A program made the translations under genes and the position numbers. A DNA stretch of 63,970 bases, counting the filler, from Craspedostauros australis (taxonomy: Eukaryota), in assembly GCA_030167865.1 (NCBI GenBank). It is 14 parts of 14 records of this genome, joined end to end, with 100 filler letters (N's around TTAATTAATTAA, not from the genome) between each part and the next. Parts side by side here need not be neighbours in the genome. Positions count along the whole stretch, not along the records: positions 34,159 to 45,384 come from JALAGF010000861.1; positions 45,485 to 47,148 come from JALAGF010000862.1; positions 47,249 to 53,147 come from JALAGF010000863.1; 11 more parts are not named here. The stretch is one strand, 5' to 3'. Below the pieces are notes generated by a model. That model had not been told where the DNA came from. It worked only from the letters and a program-made list of their open reading frames with translations, and made no database searches. Positions 40,303 to 52,187 of this stretch are shown here, piece by piece (position 1 is the stretch's first letter; each line of letters begins with the position of its first letter).

Positions 40303-42204
40303 ATGCTGCATCGAGGCAGTCGCACCGTTCGTGTCCTGCCCACACTCCTCAAGATGACGACGACGTTGAGCCTGTTGGTGGGAATGTCCCGATCGTTCTC
40401 CACGACGCGGACTTTGTATTCCTCCCGCGGTTTCGCAAGCAGACTGATCCAAAGGCACAGGACCATCTCCATGCGTGCGCTGTGTGGTCGATGCCCAGGC
40501 GATCATCCATATCCACGCTGTCTGCAACAATATCTGCAGCTGCAGAGCGCGCGGGATACGTCGGTCTGCCATCGATCCGCGCTGACCCGTCTCTTCTCGA
40601 CAAGCCAAGCATCGGACAGCGACATTGATAATTCCTTCTTTGCCACGCCCTCCTTCGAAGAATTGGGCATCCAATCTCCTGTGCTGCTGACCCGCTTGCA
40701 AAACATGGGATACGAGAAGCCAACGCAAGTTCAGGCATCCACGTTTGCCAAGATCCGTGCGACCACGGTCGCTTCTGATGACAACGACGATGGAAATCAC
40801 GACAACCAATCCACACGTGCTGCCGATGTCACGATCGGCGCCGAAACGGGGAGCGGGAAGACCTTGGCCTACCTCCTGCCACTCATTGACGACATTCTGC
40901 AAAGCAAACAACAGGGATCGCCATCGTACGACTATGCACGCGCCATCATCTTGGTGCCCAACAAGGAGCTCGTGCAGCAGGTGCTGCGCATGGCCGCGCC
41001 GTTGTGTGGTGGGACCAGCCGCAATCGCAACGACGTCGTCATTTGGGGTGGGGGTGATATGCCCATCGATGCTGGTGCGAAGGCAGCAGATGGCGGAGCC
41101 GAAGCAAACGATCTCGTGCGCATCGCCGTCATGCCGGGTGGATTGGCGGAGCCGTTGGATTTCAAGCCATTCCGAGACTCCATCCAGGGTGATGCCGCGC
41201 CCGCCGATCTCATCATCGCCACGCCTGCCGCGGTGGGTCCGTTCGCGCTGAAGCCGAAGAACATCGAGATGTTTGCGGACATCCAAACCTTGATCATCGA
41301 TGAAGCCGATATGCTGCTGGATGGTGGCTACATCCGGCAGCTGGAGAACGTGCTCATGGGATTCCGACGCGCGGATCGACTGAGCAATGCGGCGGACTTT
41401 GGAGGCACCGACGATGATGGATTCGCCCCGCCTCCCAAAACGCAGCACATCTTCTGCGCGGCCACCTTGCCCGACATGGGGCTGCGCAGCGTCGACGCGT
41501 ACTTGCAGAAGAAATTCCCCCGCGCGGAACGCATCCAGATGTCCTCCATGCACAATGCTCGGCATTACGGGCTGGTGCAACCGACCGTTTGGGTTCAAGA
41601 GGAGAGCAAGAAGGAACGCATGGAGAAGTTGGTCGAGCTCTTGGGCGACGATCCTGAGATGGGCGGCCTCAAAGGCGAGAAGGTCATGGTCTTCCTCAAC
41701 AGCGTCGATGACGTCGAGGGCGCCCATGGCGCTCTGGAACGGGCGGGCATACCCTCGGTGCGATACCACGCCAAGATCCCACTGGCCGAACGTAGCCAAT
41801 CGCTGGACCAATTCCGTCTGTATGATCCCGAGGCCGAAGACCATGGCAAGACCAAGCCTGTTCTGGTCTGCACGGATCTCGCAAGCCGCGGATTGGACGT
41901 CCCGGGTGTCAACGTCGTCGTTCAGCTCCAATTCGCAGGCAATGTCGTGGCGCATTTGCATCGCATGGGTCGCTGCGGCCGTGCTGGACAACGCACCGGT
42001 CGCGGTATCGTGTTTTACAACGAGCAAGAGAGCGAGCTGGTGGACGTCGTGCGGGAAGCCGAAACGCAACAGGAACGCATGGTACTGGAAGGCGACGTTC
42101 AAGAGATTGATGTCGAAGGCAAGGCCGGCACGGTGCAGAAGGCCTTCTCCCGTAAACGTGGCTTCACAAAGAAGCGCAAGAAGATCCGACGGGAAGCTGA
42201 ATAG
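40303..42204 (+). CDS. DEAD-box RNA helicase, probably organellar (RH22/DDX28-like)
   Basis: Q motif (FEELG...KPTQVQ), AETGSGKT, PNKEL, DEAD, AAT, TDLASRGLD and HRMGRCGR; Arg/Ser-rich N-terminal extension. Confidence 0.92.
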   Translation: MLHRGSRTVRVLPTLLKMTTTLSLLVGMSRSFSTTRTLYSSRGFASRLIQRHRTISMRALCGRCPGDHPYPRCLQQYLQLQSARDTSVCHRSALTRLFSTSQASDSDIDNSFFATPSFEELGIQSPVLLTRLQNMGYEKPTQVQASTFAKIRATTVASDDNDDGNHDNQSTRAADVTIGAETGSGKTLAYLLPLIDDILQSKQQGSPSYDYARAIILVPNKELVQQVLRMAAPLCGGTSRNRNDVVIWGGGDMPIDAGAKAADGGAEANDLVRIAVMPGGLAEPLDFKPFRDSIQGDAAPADLIIATPAAVGPFALKPKNIEMFADIQTLIIDEADMLLDGGYIRQLENVLMGFRRADRLSNAADFGGTDDDGFAPPPKTQHIFCAATLPDMGLRSVDAYLQKKFPRAERIQMSSMHNARHYGLVQPTVWVQEESKKERMEKLVELLGDDPEMGGLKGEKVMVFLNSVDDVEGAHGALERAGIPSVRYHAKIPLAERSQSLDQFRLYDPEAEDHGKTKPVLVCTDLASRGLDVPGVNVVVQLQFAGNVVAHLHRMGRCGRAGQRTGRGIVFYNEQESELVDVVREAETQQERMVLEGDVQEIDVEGKAGTVQKAFSRKRGFTKKRKKIRREAE

Positions 42205-42486
42205 GAGAATACTATTTCTGCTCTATTGGTAGTCCGCTCTATTTTCAACTGTCTTTTCTCTTCACGCGTCACAAATGGAGACAAGAGCTTTGGCGGCTCC
42301 TCGCAAACGAAGCATAGTTATTCGTGGGGTCCTTCTGCCTTGCTTGTGGCGTCGACGCGTCGACTTGCGAAGAGCAGATGTTCTTCAATGATGCCAATAC
42401 GCCATGAGATTGTTGCTTCAGCGTATTCCACGTTCGAGTACTACTGGTAATGTATAGTGTGTCCACCAATGAACTCAGAACACCGA

Positions 42487-43050
42487 ATGCCCATGAGTGA
42501 GTCGACCAATCGTTTGAAATGAACCTCCTCACTTTTTTCCTGGGATTTTCAAACTAAGCACATATTCGTAATCCTCATAGATCTAAAACAAATATCGATC
42601 CATTGCTGTTTTTAGGTTGGTCCTATTTAAGTTTTATGGACCGATGGATGTGCATATTTTCCGATCTCTTTCGGGTTTCAGCCTGTGATTATCGACTACT
42701 TCGATCCAACTTAACCCTTTGCTGTTCTTCGTTTCAGCGAGTTTGTTCCCATTTTGAATTGTTTAGTCTCTTATTGAGGCGTTCCGATGAGACGATCCAA
42801 CACCCCGTCCGCGATAACACTAGTTGTGTTTGGGGGGGGGGGGGGAGCCGTGAGTGCGCGTTTAAGTTCCTTCTACCCTCCGCTTGTCTGATCCGTCATC
42901 TAAGTCACCAAACTGGCTGCTGCATCATGAACCACCAATCACAGGACGACGTAAAACATCGTTCTGTGTGTTTCGTTGTGACGGAAGGGCTGAGTGGGGT
43001 TGCTACTCTCGAAGTGTTTTGTGTGATGCTTCTTTCGTACGTTTGGTAAA
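42487..43050 (+). mobile_element. Long arm of the TA-flanked transposon family (degenerate tip)
   Basis: GAGTGAGTCGACCAATCGTTTGAAATG...; homologous to the reverse complement of ~62660-63224. Confidence 0.7.
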
Positions 43051-45300
43051 ATAATCAATGGCTACCTCATCCCCCACAATGTCCGACTGGTTGAGAGTGC
43101 CAAACTTGACACAACACCATGACAATGGTGGAACACCAAAAACCCTCCACAATGGCCATCCAACAGCATCCCCCGCACCACACCAACCAGCAGTCCACTG
43201 ACAAATCCGATCACATCGTCGTCATCGCGATACAACGTTTGGTGGGTGGGCGAGAGGGGGCTGCAATAGCGGTTCATTTGGGGCCGCAGCAGGCGCCCAC
43301 GCAAATATCACAATTTGGAGGCAGATTGGCTCGTTGGATGGGGCCTGTGTACTCCATACACAGCCCACACCAATGCCAATGAAGGGTCAAGACGCATCCA
43401 AGAGCAAATTTCCTAAGTGCCCATGAAGTTTCAGGCTTGGGGAGGATCAGGAAGGTGTCCGCGCAGAGGAAAAGGTGGAGGGAAAGAGGCTTGTTGGGGG
43501 GGAGGGTTGTGGTGTACCTATCATGTGGCTTTGGCAGTGAGGGGGAAGCATCACCAAGCCACGTAATTGCCAAGTTGCCCATACAAGATGCGTGCGGCAT
43601 CAACTGAAAGATGGGCCTGTCAAAGTTTGCGTCGCAGATATTGTCTGGAAGAGGCTGCGGCCAAGAATATCTGACAAATGTTCGTTTTTGGTGTGACACC
43701 CAAAAAACACTGGCATCATCATAGGGAGGTATATCACTTGAGCCATGCACACCCAGCCCCCTCTGGATATGTCAGCGTGTTGCCAGGGAGTGTGGGTATG
43801 CACGAGGGGCATGTGGAGGGGCTGAAAGGGTTGTGTGGATGAGTTATCCATCCATATCTGCACCGCATCCTATTTGCAAATGGTTTTTCAAAATCGCTCT
43901 TTTTCAGTGTATGGACACTTTGGGGTATGCAATGTGGCAGAAACGTTCTGTCCTTCATGGAGTGGATTGATGGGGATCATACAGAGCCATTGTGGTGCAC
44001 ATTTTGCAGAAATACCAGGATGATGATGATCATGGGTACTGAGGGGAGGGCAACATTGCTTGATCGAATTTTTTAATCCACCACACAACTGTGTGGTGAA
44101 CCAACATGACAATAAAAATATTTTCTATGTCAATTTAAATTCGATATTCTGAATAACCAATAGTCAGGCGTATGAATGCACTGTTTAGATTGATTGCAAA
44201 TGATGTGTTGTTGAGATATAGCATGACAAGCAGATATTTGGATGTTTTTAGGTGGGTTCTAAATTAGTCGACGCATCACGACCCATCACCCACAAAACTC
44301 CACAACTCGTGTTATCGCGGCAAAGCACCCCCATCACAAAATATGTGTCCCATCATCATCCAACACAGCCTCACTTTCTGTATTGGCCTTCATTGTGTGA
44401 GTATTGTCCCATTATTGTACACAGCAAAATCGCACGAGTCCGTCAAGAGAGATCAAGTCTTTCAGGATGATGGCGATGAGCTGGTGTAGAAAAAACACTG
44501 ATTGGGTAGAGTGACTTCTGATTCTATGTTATCTTCATTGAGTTGTATCTCATGTTGCTGTGTTCAGGGACAGCTCTTGGTCATTGCATCTTTGCAATCT
44601 TGTTCTGATGTGGAGATGACCCATGATGTGGCGATGATGTCTTCTGTGTCGACGTCACTCATCACCATTCCATGGCTCTGTCGATTCCACATTCCATTGA
44701 TGATGCTTGAGGTCGTTGGAGGTGGTGTCACTTCAGGTTAAGTTGGAAAGTAGATCATTTAAATTTGGACGTCACATGTTGGCCAGGTGACAGCCAGACC
44801 GAATCTCTGATGTTCTCTAGTGTGTCCCTATGCCAATGATCATGTGCCTGGAGGATAGCATCGTTTCAGCACATACTGGGACGGACAAATCAGAAACGTG
44901 TCAGGTGAATAAAGCATTGTACTAATAGTGAGCATCACACCACATCTGATGGTCCAATTCCTCTTCCTCTCTCTGCTCCTCCTCTGTTCCAGATGGTGCA
45001 TTGTGGATGGCCACAATTGTAGATGCTGTTGATACAACAGTGCTATGCACGGTTGCTTACCCAGCTGTGAGCTGAAGGATGAAGCCAGAGCATGCGTCAT
45101 GTGAGTTCACTTGTGTTTTGTTTTGTCGGACACTGCTTGTTTGATTTTATGGGGTTGTTTTGTTGTTTGTTGTTGGCGCCGCTCTTCGTGCGTTGTCGTG
45201 GTGTGTTCCATGGGTGCGTTTCTTCGCCTCTGCCATGTCATTTCAGTCATTGTTTTGCTGCGTTGCTCCGCCATGTGAACCATGAGCGCCACGAACACCA

Positions 45301-45384
45301 ACAGGAGGTGCAGAGCACAGGAGGTGCAGAGCACAGGAGGTGCAGAGCACAGGAGGTGCAGAGCACAGGAGGTGCAGAGCACAG
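45301..45384. repeat. 16-bp perfect tandem repeat (ACAGGAGGTGCAGAGC)n running into a gap
   Basis: At least 5 exact copies. Confidence 0.9.
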
Positions 45385-45484
45385 NNNNNNNNNNNNNNNN
45401 NNNNNNNNNNNNNNNNNNNNNNNNNNNNTTAATTAATTAANNNNNNNNNNNNNNNNNNNNNNNNNNNNNNNNNNNNNNNNNNNN

Positions 45485-45565
45485 AAGTGCGTATGAGAGA
45501 ATAACGGGTGAACGATGCACATATACACGTACATCTTGACATATACTCACATGTACATCTCGACA
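45485..45565 (+). mobile_element. 3' tip of the LTR family seen at 12015-12770
   Basis: Reverse complement of 12015-12095, ending ...CATCTCGACA. Confidence 0.65.
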
Positions 45566-46318
45566 CTGCTGCACCAATAGATGCCAACCATACATACGAT
45601 ACCGCTCTTTGCATCCAAAGATCTTTTGCAGCAATGGTCAACTACTGTGCTCATCAGCCAGTTCCCCACAGCCGTCAATGCCGTCAATGCCATCAATGCC
45701 ATCAATGCCATCAACAACCAACCAAATCCTCCTGCATGTCCAGCGAGAAATGGTGGGATGCATGGTACCATCAATGCGCCGAAGCCATCATGTCATACCA
45801 AAGGATGCCCACCGTGGCTAAATCACAAAGATCATCTGTGCCTGCGTTGTCCTCGAGAGTCCGTACCATCCCTTTCACGCCACTGCCACTGTCGCACACA
45901 TGAAAGGAGTATCTGAGAAAATGATCGTGGGATGTGTGGAGTGCGCAGGGTACCTCCTCAAGGAGCTCTGCAATGGCCGTGCCGACAAGCAGTTCATGAA
46001 GAATGTCGCCAAGGATCCAGGCATCCTCGTCTGCGTCATAAGGTTGAATTGCGCCAACCTGGATGCAGTTCTTGTCTTCTCATCCATCCAATCGTGGAGG
46101 TCGTGCGCTTCCAGTACATGCGCTGGCTTGGAGGTACGTGTTGACGCACAACCGCAGTTGCAGCAACCCATCAACATCACTGTAGCAATTGCCCATCGTG
46201 CGTTTGTGTGCTGCACTTCAAACACTTGCACACCAACACAATCACACCCATTCTCTCCTTCTCCTTTTCTCTTCATCCATACTATTCATCGACTCCACAT
46301 CATCCTGATGGGATCAAA

Positions 46319-47079
46319 TGTATCGAGATGTACATGTGATTATATGTCGAAATGTACGTGTATATGTGCATCGTTCACCTGCTATTCTCTCATACGCACT
46401 TGGACGGTAAAACTACATTCGTGTCAATAGTATACTGTGATTCGTCAGAATTACAGTGGAAATGGAACACACGAAAATGAGCAGAATTTCTGGAGGAAAT
46501 TTGCAATCGACGATTTCTGAGAGAATNNNNNNNNNNNNNNNNNNNNNNNNNNNNNNNNNNNNNNNNNNNNNNNNNNNNNNNNNNNNNNNNNNNNNNNNNN
46601 NNNNNNNNNNNNATATCATCTGACAGACCACTGCATCACCAATGGAACGTGACATCTGGAGAGCAGAAGGACACCTACTGACGTCGACAGGATGTCAACA
46701 TGTCACCACGTTGACAGCTGTCTCCAAGTCAGAGCAGGAGGCGAAGATCTGATGACCGAAGGGCATCAGCATCATGGATACAGAAGGAGAAGTTCAAATG
46801 GCGAGTACTCATGGAGTAGGAGCCAGTACTGAATGAACGGAGTGTCGAATGCAGAGTATGCATTGAACACGGAGTATCGTGTAGCACGAGCTCACGATAT
46901 TGAGAGAGAGAGAATACGAAGAGTGGCGAGAGAGCATCTCGCGTACCGATTCATAGTCGGAGACTGAATCTACGAAACAGATTGAAGCGCCGAGAGCATC
47001 GGGCAAGAGAACGAACGGACACCGAGAGGATCGGAGTAGCCAAGTAATGAAATAGCAAACAACTGACTATCAACCAACA
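46319..47079 (-). mobile_element. Second copy of the ~760-bp LTR, with PPT-like tract
   Basis: Colinear with 12015-12770; homology continues through CCATCTTCCACG beyond the LTR edge. Confidence 0.65.
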
Positions 47080-47248
47080 CCATCTTCCACGATCGTAGGC
47101 TTCCAATCACGGAACTTGCCAACAGTCATTGGATTCCATGTTTTGGGTNNNNNNNNNNNNNNNNNNNNNNNNNNNNNNNNNNNNNNNNNNNNTTAATTAA
47201 TTAANNNNNNNNNNNNNNNNNNNNNNNNNNNNNNNNNNNNNNNNNNNN

Positions 47249-48122
47249 CAGGGGGGACACAGGGGGTACACAGGGGGGACACAGGGGGGACACAAGGGGT
47301 ACACAGGGGGGACACAGGGGGGACACTTTCGCGAAGATCCGTCAACAGCTTTTCGTCTTGGTGTGTTGCTTGATTTTTGCCAAAGCATCACATCGTGACA
47401 ATGTGTGCAGAATTGAACACACCAACAAACCACCTCCGCCACCTCCGCCACACACAACGCCAACAACAAGCGGACCCACATTCGCATCACCATCCATCGT
47501 CATCCATCATCATCATCACAACAACAGCAACAACAACAGCAACAACAACAGCAAGCAGATCCACATTCGCATCACCATCCATCGTTATCCATCATCATTG
47601 TCATCCATCATCATCGTCACCCATCATCATTGTCATCCATCATCATCGTCATCCATCACCATCCACCATCAGCATCATCACAACAACAGCAACACCGGCA
47701 AGCAGATCCGCATTCACATCACCGTCCATCGTCATCCATCATCATCGTCATCCATCGGCATCATCACAACAACAGCAACAACAACAGCAAGCAGATCCAC
47801 ATTCGCATCACCATCCATCGTCATCCATCATCATCATCATCATCATCATCACAACAACAGCAACAGCAGCAATGGCAAGCAGATCCACATTTGCATCACC
47901 ATCCATCGTCATCCATCATCATCGCCATCCATCATCATCGTCATCCATCACCATCGCCATCCATCATCATCGTCATCCATCACCATCGTCATCCATCACC
48001 ATCCACCGTCATCATCATCACACCAACAGCAAATAGATCCACATTCGCATCACCATCCATCATCATCATCTACCTCCGCCTCTACAGCCACTGCCAAGAC
48101 CACCATGGCACCCAACGAGCCA
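47249..48122 (+). repeat. Left inverted arm: G-run minisatellite, unique core, then modular repeat array
   Basis: Matches the reverse complement of 52170-53147; outer ~270 bp identical by eye. Confidence 0.9.
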
Positions 48123-48731
48123 TCTGTACCATGGCGAGACAGCAAGGCCAAAGACCTACTCAGGAAAGCACTGCTTGATGGAACCATCCCCCTCCAACCA
48201 ACCAAAGACTTATCAAACAGAGACATCTTCCTATCAATCCCAGAGCTCAGTGAATATAACTTCGATCACTTTCCTTCAAGGCTGAGTGGACTCCGCAAGC
48301 AAGTTGCAAAGTCCCTCAATCGCAAAGCTATTGATGAAGCAGCTTTTGCAAACTATACCTCCAGCCATCAACCATTGATTGTGAACCATCGAAGTGAACC
48401 ACAATGGTTCCGATCAGAAATGCAAAAAGATTTGAAAGAGGACATGGCTGCAAACAAGCATAAGACCATGCCCCTATCTGCATTGTTTGGCTCAAGACAA
48501 GCATATCAAACCATTCCATATCGAACATTCTACCTCCATGTCAAGCAGGAAGAGAGAAGAATAAAATTCAATCAATACCTTGTTGAAAAAGCCAAGCAAA
48601 GAGAGAGCAGAAGAACCAAGAGAAGCACAGGAACCACAAGAAACAATCAAACGGCCCAATCTGGAATTCAGCAAGCTGGCAACCAACCAGATGACAGACT
48701 CCTTGCGGAGTTTGATGCATTGCACATATAG
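48105..48731 (+). CDS. Element gene A, 208-aa basic protein with two W-x-x-S helical repeats (possible DNA-binding partner)
   Basis: CACCATGG start context; PWRDSKAKDLLRKALLDG and PQWFRSEMQKDLKEDM repeats; intact ORF. Confidence 0.7.
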   Translation: MAPNEPSVPWRDSKAKDLLRKALLDGTIPLQPTKDLSNRDIFLSIPELSEYNFDHFPSRLSGLRKQVAKSLNRKAIDEAAFANYTSSHQPLIVNHRSEPQWFRSEMQKDLKEDMAANKHKTMPLSALFGSRQAYQTIPYRTFYLHVKQEERRIKFNQYLVEKAKQRESRRTKRSTGTTRNNQTAQSGIQQAGNQPDDRLLAEFDALHI

Positions 48732-49215
48732 ACACCACGACGATCACACAAGTACACCCTAAGCAATAGTTCTTACTCTTATTTGAATCAATTCATACAT
48801 CTACTTCGATTAATATCTGTTTAATGTAGCAGTGACGGAGGGTTACCCTACCTTGCTATTCATCATACTGACCTTGTCAACTGGCTTCGAATGGGCAAGC
48901 TTTGAACTGTACACACATGCTCAAACCAATTTAAATGCTGGCAGCATTGGTTGCGAATGTTCACTATGGTGGGTTCTGTAGTTCTTCCTGTGGTTGGTGG
49001 GATCGCGAAACAGCTCGTGGACAAGAATTGATGCTCATTGCGGGTATGGTGATCTGTGCTCGCGAAATTGCGCTGTCTTTCTTGTGTGTGCAGCTGTGAT
49101 GAGCATAGTCTGTTGGTGATGTGTGTGATGGGAGAGTATCTGTGTGCACTGCTACAACCTTCCGGACATCTCTCATCATCATAAGGTGCACTCTCAGTTC
49201 ATAAATCAACCAAGC

Positions 49216-51116
49216 ATGAACACCAACAGGCTTCCACCACTGAGCCCACCACCAAAAACTCCACGAGGCATACGGTTCACTCCAACTCGATCGCTCACAC
49301 CGGCCTACACACCTCTCAGTGTTGGGTATCAATCAGATACAGTGAGCATCTCTGACAGTATTGGCTCCTCCGATCCACGGCGCGCAACATACAAGCAGCT
49401 TGCAGAAGACATCTTGCAGAACGGAGGCATCGCACGGTACAAGCAACGGCTGGGAATTACAGCTTTGAAGCAGATTTGTGACAGTCGTCCCGAGATCTAC
49501 GGAACGCCAGGCACCGACCTTCGCCGTGCAGTCCAGAAACGAGCAGCCAAGTGGGGCTCAGAATTCAGCAACGCGCAATTCCGATCATTTGCAGAAAGAG
49601 TCTATCAGGTTGATCTTGCTCAATTCCAAGAAGCTGAAGCCAAGCAACACGTCGCAACCAAGTTCAGCAACCGCACCGCAAACATCTCAGCACCAGCACA
49701 CACGACCTCTTTTGTTCCACCAGAGTTTGTTATCACCGAAACAGCACCAACACCAACACCAGCAAAGAAGTGCAAAGTCACTGCATCAACATCAACAATG
49801 GGGTACGAGAGAGCCAAGGCCATGGCCAAGAACACAGGCATTCCCACCAGTAAGTACCTTGATGGGCAAATTGCATGATTGTTTTGTTTGTGTGCTGATG
49901 TTGTTGGGCGCAGACAGTTCGATGTTGACTCACATCCACCTTTTTTGCGCATGTGCAGCTTTCATCGAAGTCGATACCAAAAACCCCACCAACAACGGGG
50001 AGCTCACCATCTGTCACATCCAGTCAGTCAAAGGAGTCGGAAAGAATGAGTACTGGCCTGCCTACAAGATTGTCCTGGCGGCGGACAGACGCTGGATCAA
50101 AATCCTGCCACACATCGACCACTACGAAGCACGAATCGTCTCAGCCAATGAGATTCTCCTCAAAGTGCCACGTTGGGATTTTGTCACGTTCAAACACCGT
50201 GACGAGCTCTTCCATGCTCTTGGCGACGACACGATGGTCGCCACAGACGAAATGCGCCTGGAGGTGCAAAACAAAATGAGCCGCGGGGACTCCATCACTG
50301 GCCTCTCTCGTCACATCCTCCTTTCTTTCCCTGAAGAACACAATCTGTCGATTGAAGCCATTCATGAGGACTTCGACCGGCAAGACGAGACGCTCGTCCC
50401 ACCCTTTCCGTTGGTTGTGAAGACTCGCCTGCAGGTGAAGCCGACCAGCAAGGGCAAGGATAGCGTTGACAGCTTTGTGTGCTGGGATGTAGCCAGAGTG
50501 GACAACGGATGCCACAAAATGGGAGCATTCCAACAGATGGAGAAGAAGAAGCTCTTGTTTGATGATTCTGACGATGAAGATGGTGGGTATTGATGAGTGA
50601 GTGTACTTGCAACATGCGACAGTACCACTTAATTCACTGCTCATGGAATGCATGCTGAACCAGCCTTGTACGAACAAGAGCCAATTGCTGAACTACTTCT
50701 CACACCGTCATGAATCCTTCTCAAATGCCGTTGCATTCTATCTTGTTTTTTCAGTTCATTCACCACATGCAGGTCGTGGCGGAGGCAGAGGTGGAGGCAT
50801 GCCAGACACTGTCAAGTCGTCTGCAGAAACCGCGCGCCGCATGGGCATGAGCATTCTCCAAAGAGCTGAGCATGCTGCCTACACGGCAAACCGAGCCTCC
50901 TCCAATAATGGCAATGCAGGCGATGCACTGAATTTCCCAGACCTGCCCACAGACCCTGTGCCATTCGTGGCTCCACTTGTACCAACACATGAACCAAGCG
51001 CCAACACTGCTGCAAGCAACCGCAAGGCTGTAGAAGATGCCATCATGGATGACCCAACAGGTCAATTTAAGCGACCCTTCGAAGGTGACAGCGATGACGA
51101 TCTGGACAGTCTCTGA
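49216..51116 (+). CDS. Element gene B, uncharacterised ~533 aa; exons 49216-49849, 49959-50582, 50773(or 50755)-51116
   Basis: GTAAGT..GCAG and GTGGGT..CAG introns join three ORFs in frame; no family recognised. Confidence 0.65.
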
Positions 51117-51218
51117 AAAACAGAAGAGACGAGCACACACAGACAAAAGAAATAAGGATACTGCCACAAATTAGTCACTCAGCCATGTTATTATTTAGTT
51201 ATCATCTTGTGCTTTGCG

Positions 51219-52187
51219 TTACACGTATACATCGAACAATGGTGCTTCAAGCTCAAGCTTGTATTGGCATATGACGCAAATTGATTCGAAGCAAATCTTG
51301 ATCTTTTTTTCGCCATGTCGAAACCGGCCGGACACTGCATCAAATGACTTTACCATTCGATTGAAAGCTTCCTGTCTCATTCTTGCTCTTGTTTTGAATA
51401 TTGCAATATTAAAAGAATCTAGAGCATTGGGAGTGCTTAGCAGCAGTGGGTAGCCAGTATAGCCATTGTCGGCAATTCCCATTTTGTTTGATTCCTCCAA
51501 TTTTGCTTTCAGTCCACATTCAACGAAAATTTTCCTGTCAGACATCCCAGCCTTGAATGGCCCATTCATCCAGATGAGCTTGGACTCGGATATGGCAAGG
51601 CCCAGTTCATAGTTGATGCCAGCCTTGTTGAACTTGTGCGAGTAGTAGGCCTTGTCTTGTGGGTATTGCTCATGTTGTGGCTCTTGAATCCAGCAGTGGG
51701 TTCCATCAACTGACACCACCCATGTGTCGTTTCCATAGTTGTGTTCTGGCCATCTGATCTTCATCCCTTTCAGGGCTTGGATGTGTTCCAGGTAGAACCA
51801 GATCTTCTGTCTTGCTGTCTTGTTTGAGAGGTTGAAGAGTGACTCTCGTTCCACCTCTGTCGGATAGCGTTTCAGAAAGTGGAATGCCATCAGCATGTGT
51901 TCCAATGAGAGCTTCTTGTTTGGTATCCGATGCCTTGCGTTGGGGAAGGACTGAAGATCTTCCCACACCTTGTTGCATACTTGCGGTGTGCATCCATATA
52001 TACCAACAAAGCGCAAACGGTTGGGCTCGTTGGTTCGCACTCTGCCAATTTGCTGCTCCGTGAACCCAATGAGGCGCAAGCCACGAAGCATGACCTCATC
52101 ATCGCAAAAGATGACTCCATCGAATGGAACCTCTGCATCTGCCTCATTTGCAACGGAGGTGGCATTGTCTGGCTCGTTGGATGCCAT
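51219..52187 (-). CDS. DDE transposase, PIF/Harbinger (DDE_Tnp_4-like), 322 aa
   Basis: VSVDGTHC, YYSHK, GPFKAGMSD, IADNGY, RMRQEAFN and RFRH motifs, preceded by an HTH-like FLKRYPTE region; catalytic D, D and E present. Confidence 0.88.
   Translation of the reverse strand: MASNEPDNATSVANEADAEVPFDGVIFCDDEVMLRGLRLIGFTEQQIGRVRTNEPNRLRFVGIYGCTPQVCNKVWEDLQSFPNARHRIPNKKLSLEHMLMAFHFLKRYPTEVERESLFNLSNKTARQKIWFYLEHIQALKGMKIRWPEHNYGNDTWVVSVDGTHCWIQEPQHEQYPQDKAYYSHKFNKAGINYELGLAISESKLIWMNGPFKAGMSDRKIFVECGLKAKLEESNKMGIADNGYTGYPLLLSTPNALDSFNIAIFKTRARMRQEAFNRMVKSFDAVSGRFRHGEKKIKICFESICVICQYKLELEAPLFDVYV

Noticed and set aside
40150..42102. 650-aa antisense ORF (similar ones opposite COPB1, ADK and gag)
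   Set aside because: Shadow frames caused by GC3-biased codons of the real genes.
43050..45090. Decayed coding-like sequence
   Set aside because: Fragmented, CpG-poor frames with no recognisable motif.
47465..48065. CRISPR-like repeat-spacer appearance
   Set aside because: Spacers are related microsatellites of uneven length, there are no cas genes, and the context is a eukaryotic transposon arm.
47358..48104. His/Ile/Ser-rich N-terminal extensions and overlapping ORFs in both arms
   Set aside because: By-products of stop-free CAT/CAA repeats; the matched CACCATGG starts are better supported.
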